From: Candidatus Brennerbacteria bacterium
GTDB taxonomy: Bacteria > Patescibacteriota > Minisyncoccia > UBA6257 > GWB1-50-10
Length of the DNA: 64,000 bases
Assembly (NCBI GenBank): GCA_016183535.1
Contig: JACPEK010000004.1
Location: forward strand, 141,807-205,806
Direction: 5' to 3'
The notes beneath the pieces are model-generated. The model was given only the letters and a program-made list of their open reading frames with translations, was not told the DNA's origin and did no database searches. Shown piece after piece: positions 29,268 through 38,351 of this stretch (position 1 is the first letter of the stretch; every line of letters begins with the position of its first letter). The translations under genes were made by a program, and so were the position numbers.

Positions 29268-31259
29268 ATGAGAACCACAGAGCTTGTGGTAGGGCTGGTG
29301 CAGATCAACAACGGCTACACCGGCCAGTATTATCTCCCGTACTCGGTGGCGATGCTCGAAGCATATGCGAGGAAGAATCTTTCCCGACCGGATCGGTATC
29401 GTTTTCTCGTCCCTATTTATCGCAGGGAGCCGGTCGCGGATGCGGTGGCGAAGTTGCTCGGTGCGGATATCGTAGGGTTCAGCATCTATGTGTGGAACGA
29501 GCAGCTAAGCCTTGCGATCGCGCGAGAACTGAAAAGGCAAAAGCCCGAAGTGCTCGTGGTGTTCGGAGGTCCCCAGGTTCCGGATAACCCGGAGCGTTTC
29601 ATGGAAGAGAACCCCTTCATTGATATCGCGTGTCATGGCGAAGGCGAGAGGGTATTTTGCGCTCTTCTTGAACGATGGGAAGATAAAGAACATATCCCCG
29701 CCATCAGTTATCGGTACAACGGACAGCTCGTGCGGAACCCGCGTTTACCGCGCGTGGAGAACCTAAACGAATTTCCATCCCCATATTTGGACGGGGTTCT
29801 TGATCCTCTCATGCGCGAGAATCCCAACGGGAAATGGAACGCCATTTGGGAAACAAACCGTGGATGCCCCTTCAGTTGCACGTTTTGCGACTGGGGTTCC
29901 GCGGTCAATGCCACGAAGGTGAGGAAATGGGAAGAGGAACGGCTTTTCCGCGAGATAGATTGGTTCGCGGAGCATAAGGTCGATTTCATCTTCGGCGCCG
30001 ATGCCAATTTCGGCATCTTCGAACGTGATATTGGTATCGCAGAGCGTCTTGCGGATTCAAGGCGAAGAACCGGTTTTCCCCGTGCATTCAGCGTTTCAAG
30101 CACCAAGAATGCCACGGAAAGGTCCTTTGCGGCACAGAAAATACTTTCTGACGCCGGATTGAATACTGGTGTAACCGTTTCCATGCAATCCATGGACGTG
30201 GGAACGCTCGTGGCGATCAAGCGGGACAACATTCAGTTGGAGGGCCCAAAGGGTTTCAAGGAACTTCAGCGGAAATTCACGCTTGCAGGAATCCAAACCT
30301 CAACTGATCTCGTCCTGGGATTGCCGGGAGAGACGTACGAATCGTTCGTGCGCGGCGTGAGCGATCTTATCGCGAACGGCCAGCATAATCGCATTCTATT
30401 CTTCAACCTGACCGTCCTTCCGAACGCCGAAATGGGCGATCCGGAATACCAGAAGAAGTACGGGATGGAAACGGTGGAAACGCGCATCATCACGATCCAT
30501 GGCAATCTTCACGATAAGGAAGACGAGGTCGCGGAGTTACAACAGCTGGTGGTCGCGACGAGTACGATGCCGCGAGAGGATTGGGTGCGAGTACGTGCAC
30601 TTTCCTGGATGACTGCGTTTCTGCACTTCGACAAGGTGCTCCAGATTCCGCTTGTGGTCATACATGAGATGACCGGCATTGATTACCGGACGCTCATCGA
30701 GCTATTCTCGGAAGGCTGTTTTGGAAGCGAAGAAGAATTTCCAACCCTTTCCAAGATTCGGAAATTCTTCATTAAGAAGGCCGAGGAGATCCAGGGTGGA
30801 GCGGAGGAGTTCTGTCGTGCGCCCCAGTGGCTTGATCTGTGGTGGCCGACCGATGAGTATATGCTCATCGAACTGGCGACCAGCGGCAATCGCCTCGCGT
30901 TCTATGAGGAAGCCGAACGGGCACTCTCAGTATTTTTGATGGAGAGAGGGATGGGAAGCTGTTGCGGGGTATTGCGCGAAGCGGTCTATCTGAACGAAAG
31001 GATGTTCAAGATGCCGTTTCAGAACGAAAATCGTCGCGTGGAGCTCTCCCATAATCTATGGGAATTCTATTACACTGCGATCTGTGGCAAGCCCATTCCA
31101 TTGGAAGAGAGGGAAACGGTCGTTACCGTTGACTGCACCACCGAACGGTGGGATTCATGGGATGGCTGGTGCCGGTTCGCGGTGTGGTATGCGAGCCATC
31201 CCGGCGCATTCTTCTTTGGTATTACCCCCGACAAGAAGCAGATTGCGGGGCATTGGTAG
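29268..31259 (+). CDS. B12-binding domain radical SAM protein (paralog 1)
   Basis: B12-binding Rossmann domain (DIVGFSIYVWN...VFGGPQ, HGEGE); CxxxCxxC in ETNRGCPFSCTFCDWG; DLVLGLPGET; AGGAGG RBS. Confidence 0.9.
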   Translation: MRTTELVVGLVQINNGYTGQYYLPYSVAMLEAYARKNLSRPDRYRFLVPIYRREPVADAVAKLLGADIVGFSIYVWNEQLSLAIARELKRQKPEVLVVFGGPQVPDNPERFMEENPFIDIACHGEGERVFCALLERWEDKEHIPAISYRYNGQLVRNPRLPRVENLNEFPSPYLDGVLDPLMRENPNGKWNAIWETNRGCPFSCTFCDWGSAVNATKVRKWEEERLFREIDWFAEHKVDFIFGADANFGIFERDIGIAERLADSRRRTGFPRAFSVSSTKNATERSFAAQKILSDAGLNTGVTVSMQSMDVGTLVAIKRDNIQLEGPKGFKELQRKFTLAGIQTSTDLVLGLPGETYESFVRGVSDLIANGQHNRILFFNLTVLPNAEMGDPEYQKKYGMETVETRIITIHGNLHDKEDEVAELQQLVVATSTMPREDWVRVRALSWMTAFLHFDKVLQIPLVVIHEMTGIDYRTLIELFSEGCFGSEEEFPTLSKIRKFFIKKAEEIQGGAEEFCRAPQWLDLWWPTDEYMLIELATSGNRLAFYEEAERALSVFLMERGMGSCCGVLREAVYLNERMFKMPFQNENRRVELSHNLWEFYYTAICGKPIPLEERETVVTVDCTTERWDSWDGWCRFAVWYASHPGAFFFGITPDKKQIAGHW

Positions 31260-31267
31260 AGTTATTG

Positions 31268-31300
31268 ATCGACCGGCGCTTGTTGCACCGGTCGATTTTA
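31268..31300 (+). terminator. Intrinsic terminator
   Basis: ATCGACCGG...CCGGTCGAT-TTT. Confidence 0.65.
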
Positions 31301-31393
31301 TTTTATAGGTAATATTGCCAAAATTTGACATATGTGTTATGGTTGCGACAGTTAATTTCAATAACCAAATAATAACCAAAACGAGAGGCAGGA

Positions 31394-33382
31394 ATGGAAA
31401 AGGAGAAGATAGTCATCGGGCTGGTGCAGGTGAACAGCGGATTCTCCGGCCAGCATTACTTCCCGTATTCCGTGGGAGTGCTCCAAGCGTATGCGAAGGA
31501 GCATCTCCCCGGAGTGGAACGTATCGATTTTTTGCTCCCCGTCTACCGCCGCATTCGTGTGGCGGAAGCGGCGGAACAGCTGGAAGGTGCGGACATCGTG
31601 GCATTCAGCACGTATGTCTGGAACATCCGTTTATCACTGGCCATAGCCGCAGAGCTGAAACGGCGCAGACCGAAAACGCTCATCGTGTTCGGTGGGCCGC
31701 AAGTACCGCGTCATGATCGCCCATGGGAAGTCAAAGCGTTCCTCACGAAGAACCCCCAGATTGATGTCGCGATCCATGGCGCAGGCGAAGAGCCGTTCTT
31801 GGGAATTCTCACGCACGGACTCGGGGGAAATTGGGAGCGCATCCCTTCCGCAAGTTTTTTACGTGACACCATGCTTCAACAGAACGCTCCCGCGACCTCG
31901 CTTTCTGATCTTTCCAAAGTCCCTTCCCCATATCTGAGAGGCGTTTTTGATCCGCTCATCGCGGCGAACCCTTCGGAGCGATGGATCGTGCTTTGGGAGA
32001 CCGATCGTAATTGCCCGTTCAGCTGCACGTTTTGTGGCTGGGGACTGCTTGAAAATAAACCCACCGTGTGGCCGATGGACCGTGTCATGAAAGAGGTCGA
32101 CTGGTTCGCGGAACATGAGATTAATTTTGTGTTCTGCGCCAATGCAAACTTTTTTCTGACAAAGCGTGATTTGGAAATTGCGCGCTATGTGGCCGAGACG
32201 AAACTGAAGAGAGGTTTCCCGAGGTTTCTTTCGGTGCAGGACGCAAAGAACTCCGTGGAGCGCGTGTTTGAGGGCAGGATGGTGATGGAGAAAGCGGGAT
32301 TGAACACCGGAGTGGTTATTTCGCTCCAGGCGGTAGATCCTGAAACGCTTCGCATTATTCGACGTAATAACATCAAACTCGACGCGTATCAGGAAGTTCA
32401 ACGGAAGTTCCGCGCGAACGGCATCGAGACCATGACCGACCTCATTCTTCCTTTGGCGGGACAAACGTACCCGAGCTTTGCGAACGGAGTTTCCGAGGTC
32501 ATCGACCACGGCCAGCACAACAGGATTCAGTTCAATTTGTGTTGTTCGGTTCCTGATGCCGAGATGTCCCACCGTGATTATATGGCGCAATACGGTCTTG
32601 AAACGGTAACGACGAAGATGGTCAACATCCATGGCAAGGTCGAAAATGAAGAGGTTCCCGAAACCCAGGACCTCATTATTGCGACTGCGGCCATGCCGAG
32701 AGAGGATTGGGTGCGTGCACGCGCGTTCAGTTGGATGGTGGGACTTCTGCATTTCGACAAACTCCTGCAGATTCCTATTGTGCTCATCCGAAAGCTCGCG
32801 AACGCGAGCTACCGGGAGATCGTAGAATTTTTCTCCGAAGGCCAATTTGGTTCTCGGGAAGCATTTCCCAGCCTGACCAGGATCCGCGAGTTTTTCCTCG
32901 AGAAAGCTCGTGATATCCAGAACGGCGGGACCGAGTACGTTCATTCGAAGGAATGGCTCGACATCTACTGGCCTGCTGACGAGTTCATCTTTATTGAGCT
33001 CGCCATCAAAGGAAAACTCGAGGAGTTCTATGTTGAAGCGGAACTGGCGTTGAAGCGTTTTCTGGAACAGCGGGAAGTTTCCATCCAGGGGAAATTGCTT
33101 CGCGACGCATTTCGTCTCAACCAGAGCTTGCTGAAGCAACCATTCCAAACGCGGGATGTGACCGTGGATCTCACCTACAATGTGTGGGAATTCTACCGTG
33201 GTGTGATGGATGGGAGGGAGGTTCCAATCGAGGAAGGGAAATTCCAGTATCACATTGATCGCACTAGCGTTCGATGGGAGACATGGGAGACCTGGTGCCG
33301 CGAGGTGGTGTGGTTCGGTAACAAGCGCGGCGCATATCTCTACGGGAACATTCCTGTCGAGCAGATCGCCGGACACTACTAA
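31394..33382 (+). CDS. B12-binding domain radical SAM protein (paralog 2)
   Basis: DIVAFSTYVWN...VFGGPQ; ETDRNCPFSCTFCGWG; colinear with paralog 1 over its full length. Confidence 0.9.
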   Translation: MEKEKIVIGLVQVNSGFSGQHYFPYSVGVLQAYAKEHLPGVERIDFLLPVYRRIRVAEAAEQLEGADIVAFSTYVWNIRLSLAIAAELKRRRPKTLIVFGGPQVPRHDRPWEVKAFLTKNPQIDVAIHGAGEEPFLGILTHGLGGNWERIPSASFLRDTMLQQNAPATSLSDLSKVPSPYLRGVFDPLIAANPSERWIVLWETDRNCPFSCTFCGWGLLENKPTVWPMDRVMKEVDWFAEHEINFVFCANANFFLTKRDLEIARYVAETKLKRGFPRFLSVQDAKNSVERVFEGRMVMEKAGLNTGVVISLQAVDPETLRIIRRNNIKLDAYQEVQRKFRANGIETMTDLILPLAGQTYPSFANGVSEVIDHGQHNRIQFNLCCSVPDAEMSHRDYMAQYGLETVTTKMVNIHGKVENEEVPETQDLIIATAAMPREDWVRARAFSWMVGLLHFDKLLQIPIVLIRKLANASYREIVEFFSEGQFGSREAFPSLTRIREFFLEKARDIQNGGTEYVHSKEWLDIYWPADEFIFIELAIKGKLEEFYVEAELALKRFLEQREVSIQGKLLRDAFRLNQSLLKQPFQTRDVTVDLTYNVWEFYRGVMDGREVPIEEGKFQYHIDRTSVRWETWETWCREVVWFGNKRGAYLYGNIPVEQIAGHY

Positions 33383-33386
33383 CGTG

Positions 33387-33416
33387 AAAAGAGGCGTTGT
33401 AAAACGCCTCTTTTTT
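33387..33416 (+). terminator. Intrinsic terminator
   Basis: AAAAGAGGCGTT-GTAA-AACGCCTCTTTTTT. Confidence 0.8.
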
Positions 33417-33458
33417 ATTGCAAATTTCGACTCAATCATTTACGATACCAAAGCATTT

Positions 33459-34451
33459 ATGATCCTTACACGAACGCCCTACCGCATCTCGTTCTTCGGC
33501 GGTGGGACCGACTATCCGGCGTGGTTCGAAAACTTCGGCACCGGCGCCGTACTTTCCACCACTATCGACAAATATTGCTATCTGGCATGCCGTTTTTTGC
33601 CGCCTTTCTTCGAGCACAAGAGCAGGATCGTGTGGTCGAAGATAGAAGTGGTGAATCACCACGACGATATCGAACATCCGACCGCGCGCGAAGCGCTCAA
33701 GCTTCTCGACGTTAAAGACGGCGTGGAGATACACCACTATGGCGACTTGCCCGCGCGGAGCGGCATGGGATCCAGCTCGGCCTTTGCGGTGGGACTACTC
33801 CACGCCTTAAATGTGCTCCACGGACGTCCCGTCACTAAAAAGCAGCTCGCGATGGATTCGATCCATATCGAGCAGGAACGGCTGGGACATAGCGTGGGGT
33901 GCCAGGACCAGACTGCGGCGGCGTACGGAGGGTTCAATCGCATAACCTTCGGAGGATCCGAGAAGATCAACGTCCGTCCCGTCACCGCCTCTCCGGAAAC
34001 CAAAGAGGTGCTTCAAGAGCGGCTCCTCATGTTCTTCACGGGTCTCTCACGGGACGCGTTCGAGGTAGCGGAGCAACAAGTTCGCGTGACCGGTCAAAAA
34101 AAAGAAGAACTCACAAAAATGCTCTCTTTGGTGGACCAAGCGGAAAAAATTCTACAGGAAACCCCGCACCACATTGATGAATTCGGCAGACTTCTTCATG
34201 AAACCTGGACGCTCAAAAGGAGTTTGACAGATGTGATCTCCAATTCTCGGATTGATGACATCTATGAGCGTGCTCGCGCGGCGGGTGCGCTCGGCGGTAA
34301 GTTGTTGGGAGCGGGAGGTGGAGGATTTTTATTGTTGTATGTGAAGCCGGAGGAACAAGAAACCGTGAAGAGCGCACTCAAAGATCTTTTACATGTGCCG
34401 TTTTCATTCGAGAATGAGGGTACTAAACTTATATATCAAGACGGTTCGTAG
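33459..34451 (+). CDS. GHMP sugar kinase (HddA-like heptose-7-phosphate 1-kinase)
   Basis: RTPYRISFFGGGTD, DLPARSGMGSSS, VGCQDQ, GGKLLGAGGGGF. Confidence 0.9.
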   Translation: MILTRTPYRISFFGGGTDYPAWFENFGTGAVLSTTIDKYCYLACRFLPPFFEHKSRIVWSKIEVVNHHDDIEHPTAREALKLLDVKDGVEIHHYGDLPARSGMGSSSAFAVGLLHALNVLHGRPVTKKQLAMDSIHIEQERLGHSVGCQDQTAAAYGGFNRITFGGSEKINVRPVTASPETKEVLQERLLMFFTGLSRDAFEVAEQQVRVTGQKKEELTKMLSLVDQAEKILQETPHHIDEFGRLLHETWTLKRSLTDVISNSRIDDIYERARAAGALGGKLLGAGGGGFLLLYVKPEEQETVKSALKDLLHVPFSFENEGTKLIYQDGS

Positions 34452-34453
34452 CA

Positions 34454-35506
34454 ATGAGTAACGTCGTACGCATTATGACCATCCTTATTACTGGAAATCG
34501 TGGGTATATCGGACCTATTCTCGTCGAAATGCTCTTAGCGAAAGGGTATGAGGTGGTAGGTTATGATGCCGGCTATTACGCTGGCAATGAGCTCTACACA
34601 ACCAAGAACGAAATAAAACAAATCACAAAAGACGTAAGAGAAATCAAGGAAGAAGATCTGAACGGCGTTGATGTGGTCATACATCTGGCGGGGCTTAGCA
34701 CCGATCCGCTGGGGGAATTAGACGAACGCCTCACCGAGGAGATTAATTTTAGAGCGACTATCAAACTTGCAAGACTTGCAAGAAGCGCGGGAGTTAAGCG
34801 TTTTGTGTATGCTTCTTCCCAGAGCATGTACGGAGTGGCGGACACCGATTACGAGTTGGATGAAGATGCGCCAAAAAATCCCGTTACGGCCTATGCCCGC
34901 ACCAAATGGGAGGCGGAGCAAGAATTGGGAAAGCTCGATAGTGATGATTTTACAGTGACGTCGTTCAGGCCTTCAACGGTGTTCGGTCCGAGCCCAAACT
35001 TGAGGTGTGATATTGTATTTAATAGTCTTGTGGCGTCGGCGTATACCACCGGCAACATTGAGATCAAAAGTGACGGCACTCCGTGGAGGCCCGTGGTTCA
35101 CATCAAGGACGTTTCAAGGGCTTTTATCGCGGGCATAGAAGCTCCGCGGGAGTTGGTGGGAGGCCAATCCTTCAACGTCGGCATTCCGAACGGGAATTAT
35201 ACCGTGAGGGAACTTGCGGAGGCCGCACAGCGCGCGGTTCCCGGGAGCAAGTTGAAATTCACAGGCGAACACGGCCCCGACTCGAGGACGTACCGAGTCT
35301 CATTCAAAAAGATACTCTCGGTTCTTAAAGATTATTACAAGCCGGAGTGGGATTTAGATAAAGGAGGGGAGGAGCTTATAGCTTTCTTCAAGCGAGTGAA
35401 TTTCACTGAGGCGCAATTTCGAGGAAGACCGGCGATACGCCTTGAGCAGATCAAATATCTTTTGCGTGGAAAGAAATTAGACGAGAATTTGTTATGGCGC
35501 ACGTAA
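34454..35506 (+). CDS. NAD-dependent epimerase/dehydratase
   Basis: ITGNRGYIG, HLAGLS.DPLGE, YARTK, SDGTPWRP.VH. Confidence 0.9.
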   Translation: MSNVVRIMTILITGNRGYIGPILVEMLLAKGYEVVGYDAGYYAGNELYTTKNEIKQITKDVREIKEEDLNGVDVVIHLAGLSTDPLGELDERLTEEINFRATIKLARLARSAGVKRFVYASSQSMYGVADTDYELDEDAPKNPVTAYARTKWEAEQELGKLDSDDFTVTSFRPSTVFGPSPNLRCDIVFNSLVASAYTTGNIEIKSDGTPWRPVVHIKDVSRAFIAGIEAPRELVGGQSFNVGIPNGNYTVRELAEAAQRAVPGSKLKFTGEHGPDSRTYRVSFKKILSVLKDYYKPEWDLDKGGEELIAFFKRVNFTEAQFRGRPAIRLEQIKYLLRGKKLDENLLWRT

Positions 35507-36240
35507 CTCGTATTACTCAAGCGGTTATACTTGCGGGAGGCGCAGGAACCCGTCTCAAACCCCTCACCGATCACACGCCAAAGCCGATGATACTCATGAA
35601 CGGCAAGCCCTTTCTTGAGTATTTAATTAAACAATTAAAGGAAAACGGTATTGAAGAAGTTCTCCTCCTTCTCGGCTACTTACCGGAGAAAACCATTGCT
35701 CATTTTGGAGATGGAGCGAAGTTTGGTGTGAGAATAAAATATTCCGTCACCCCCGTGGAAGACAGCATTGGCACGCGTATCCGAAAGGCGGCTGATCTTA
35801 TGGAGGACTATTTTATCCTCTTGAACTGTGACAACTTCTGGCCTCTTCGCATCGAGGAATTGGTGAAGTTTCACAATAAAATGAATTCTCTCATAACTAC
35901 GGTCGTATATACCAACAAGAATGGCATCACAAAGAACAATGTATTGGTGGATGACGAAGGATATATTGTGCGGTTTGATCCGTCCCGTACCGATCCGGAT
36001 TTGAACGGAGTGAATCTTGTATACGCCATTACCAGTAAGGAAGTGATTGGTCTTATGCCGACAGGAGATTTTGACTATGAGAAGGTAATGTTTCCCATGC
36101 TCATTGCCCAACGCAAACTCGCGGGATATCGGAGCGATGAGCGACATCATAGTATTGGAAGCTTGGAACGTCTCCCCGGGACCGAACAGTTTTTGAAAAC
36201 GCTCGATGAAAAAAATAAAAACGAAAGCAATCTTTCTTGA
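35494..36240 (+). CDS. Sugar-phosphate nucleotidyltransferase (HddC-like)
   Basis: AVILAGGAGTRLKPLT...PKPM...GKPFLEY. Confidence 0.9.
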   Translation: MAHVTRITQAVILAGGAGTRLKPLTDHTPKPMILMNGKPFLEYLIKQLKENGIEEVLLLLGYLPEKTIAHFGDGAKFGVRIKYSVTPVEDSIGTRIRKAADLMEDYFILLNCDNFWPLRIEELVKFHNKMNSLITTVVYTNKNGITKNNVLVDDEGYIVRFDPSRTDPDLNGVNLVYAITSKEVIGLMPTGDFDYEKVMFPMLIAQRKLAGYRSDERHHSIGSLERLPGTEQFLKTLDEKNKNESNLS

Positions 36241-36784
36241 TAGGGACGGTACAATCGTTCGTCACACGAAAAAATTTATTGTTCGCGCTTCCCAACTACG
36301 TCTTCTCGCGGGCGTTCCGGAGGCACTCCGGGCGTTCAATGAAATGGGTTTCTTAGCCGTCCTTATTACGAATCAACCGGTTATCTCTCGCGGTCTTATA
36401 ACGCCGCGCGGCATGGAGAAACTCCACGCTTCTCTTTTTGAGAGACTTAAACGTCGTGGTGCGCGTATTGATGCCGCATACGTATGTCCCCACCATCCCG
36501 ACGGGAAAATTCCTCCTTACGGCAGAAAATGTCGTTGCAGAAAACCGGAGCCCGGGATGATTTTACAGGCGATAAAAGATATGAATATAGATCCAAGAAA
36601 AAGCTTTATGATAGGCGACGCGTTGATAGATATAGTGACAGGAAAGAAGGCGCACACGCGCACTATTTTGGTAAAAACCGGACCGGGCCATTCACGCTTA
36701 GATAAATTTTACCAACGCACCAAGCCGAATTTTGTCGCAAAAAACCTCCTTGTCGCCGCAAGGATAGTTAAAAAAGTGAAATAA
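36206..36784 (+). CDS. gmhB: D,D-heptose 1,7-bisphosphate phosphatase-like HAD hydrolase
   Basis: FLDRDGT, ITNQP, CPHHP...CRCRKPEPGM, MIGD. Confidence 0.88.
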   Translation: MKKIKTKAIFLDRDGTIVRHTKKFIVRASQLRLLAGVPEALRAFNEMGFLAVLITNQPVISRGLITPRGMEKLHASLFERLKRRGARIDAAYVCPHHPDGKIPPYGRKCRCRKPEPGMILQAIKDMNIDPRKSFMIGDALIDIVTGKKAHTRTILVKTGPGHSRLDKFYQRTKPNFVAKNLLVAARIVKKVK

Positions 36785-36831
36785 GGTTTCGTTTTGTTGA
36801 CGGACGCCCTCGTGCATAATAGATTTAAGCA

Positions 36832-37518
36832 ATGAAGATCGCAGATCATAACTCGCTAATGAGCGAACTCGATTCGTGGGTTCGCGAGATGGGGAACGGC
36901 GAATATATTCCACAAGAAGATTCCCGCGCCGCTACGAATTCCGGCCTTTTGCCAGATTACGGTATTCAGCAGGTTCGTGAGGAAATTTCCGAGTTCTCAA
37001 AGTTTCTCATCAATCGTGGTAAAAATGGGAGCATTTTAGAAATAGGGTTAGGATACTTCGGGAGCACCCACTTTCTATGGAGATTACTATTCGATCGAGT
37101 GGCCACGGTGGAGAGCAACCATAGCCGCTTCCTTACATTCGGGAAAAATACTCGCGAGTATTATAAAAAATGGATTTTGGACGACGGAAAAAGTTCCTTC
37201 TTTGGGGGATTTTCGAGCGAGCCTTCCATCATCGAGCGGGTATACAAATCCTTCAAAGAGGGGATCGACGTGCTCTTCATAGATGCCGACCATAGTTATG
37301 GTGGTATTCTCTCGGATTGGTTGATATATGCTCCGCTTGTGAAATCCGGCGGCATCGTTGCTTTTCACGATCTTGAATTGGATTACGATCATGATAGGGG
37401 ACCGAAAGGATTTTTTGAGGATTTGGAGAGCGGGAACGTCGTCCCAGGAAAGCAGTTCAAACTTGAGAGGATCCTTCATTCGAAATACCACGGTATCGGA
37501 TTTTATGTGAAGGAATGA
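36832..37518 (+). CDS. Class I SAM-dependent methyltransferase (Methyltransf_24-like)
   Basis: ILEIGLG, IDVLFIDADHSY, LVKSGGIVAFHD. Confidence 0.85.
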   Translation: MKIADHNSLMSELDSWVREMGNGEYIPQEDSRAATNSGLLPDYGIQQVREEISEFSKFLINRGKNGSILEIGLGYFGSTHFLWRLLFDRVATVESNHSRFLTFGKNTREYYKKWILDDGKSSFFGGFSSEPSIIERVYKSFKEGIDVLFIDADHSYGGILSDWLIYAPLVKSGGIVAFHDLELDYDHDRGPKGFFEDLESGNVVPGKQFKLERILHSKYHGIGFYVKE

Positions 37519-37586
37519 ACATTCGAGAGCGCTGGCATAGGAAGGGGTTCAACTGCAAATAGCGCTTGGAAGGCGCTATTAGCGTT

Positions 37587-38351
37587 ATGGAAAATCTTCT
37601 TGTAAAAATATTCGGTCATATCGGTACCGTTTTACACGGGGACGCGGCTGTTTTTGATCGGTGGCGGTGGCTAAGAAAAAACCTCCGTCACGGACAGCTA
37701 CATACCCTGGACGCGGGTTGTGGTTCTGGCGCATTCGCGCTCTATGCGGCGAAGATCGGGAATGAGGTGGTCGGCATCTCTTTTGATGAGAGGAACAACG
37801 GAGTGGCGCAAGCCCGAGCGGGTATCCTAGGGTTTACCGACGCGCGATTCGTCACGGGAGATTTAAGGAGACTCGACGAGTTTGCCTCGTCGCTCGGAGA
37901 ATTCGACCAGATCATCTGTTTTGAAACCATTGAGCATATCCTCGGGGACAGAAAGCTCATTAAAGACCTCTCCGATCTCTTGAGGCCGGGCGGCCGTCTC
38001 CTGCTCACCACGCCTTATAAACACTATTCAAAACGGTTACTGGGCGACGATAAGGTTCCGCTCTCAACCCATGAAGATGGGGGACACGTGAGGTGGGGAT
38101 ATACCCACGAAGAGTTGGAGCGAATATTTAACGGAGCCGGTCTTTCTGTTGTGAGAAAAGATTACGTTTCCGGCATTATCTCCCAACTCAACATCGTTCT
38201 CTACCGGATCCTGCAGTCGAAAATAAATTACAAGATTGCCTGGGGTCTTTCTTTCCCCTTTAGAATATTGGTAGTGTTCGATTCGCTCGTCACGGAGCTC
38301 ATAGGGTTTCCGCATCTGTCGGTCGCGGTGGTGGGGGAGAAAAAAACATGA
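37587..38351 (+). CDS. Class I SAM-dependent methyltransferase
   Basis: LDAGCGSG, FDQIICFETIEHI, LRPGGRLLLTTP, GHVRWGY. Confidence 0.88.
   Translation: MENLLVKIFGHIGTVLHGDAAVFDRWRWLRKNLRHGQLHTLDAGCGSGAFALYAAKIGNEVVGISFDERNNGVAQARAGILGFTDARFVTGDLRRLDEFASSLGEFDQIICFETIEHILGDRKLIKDLSDLLRPGGRLLLTTPYKHYSKRLLGDDKVPLSTHEDGGHVRWGYTHEELERIFNGAGLSVVRKDYVSGIISQLNIVLYRILQSKINYKIAWGLSFPFRILVVFDSLVTELIGFPHLSVAVVGEKKT

Noticed and set aside
31859..33439. 526-aa minus-strand ORF
   Set aside because: Antisense shadow of radical SAM paralog 2; no domain signal.
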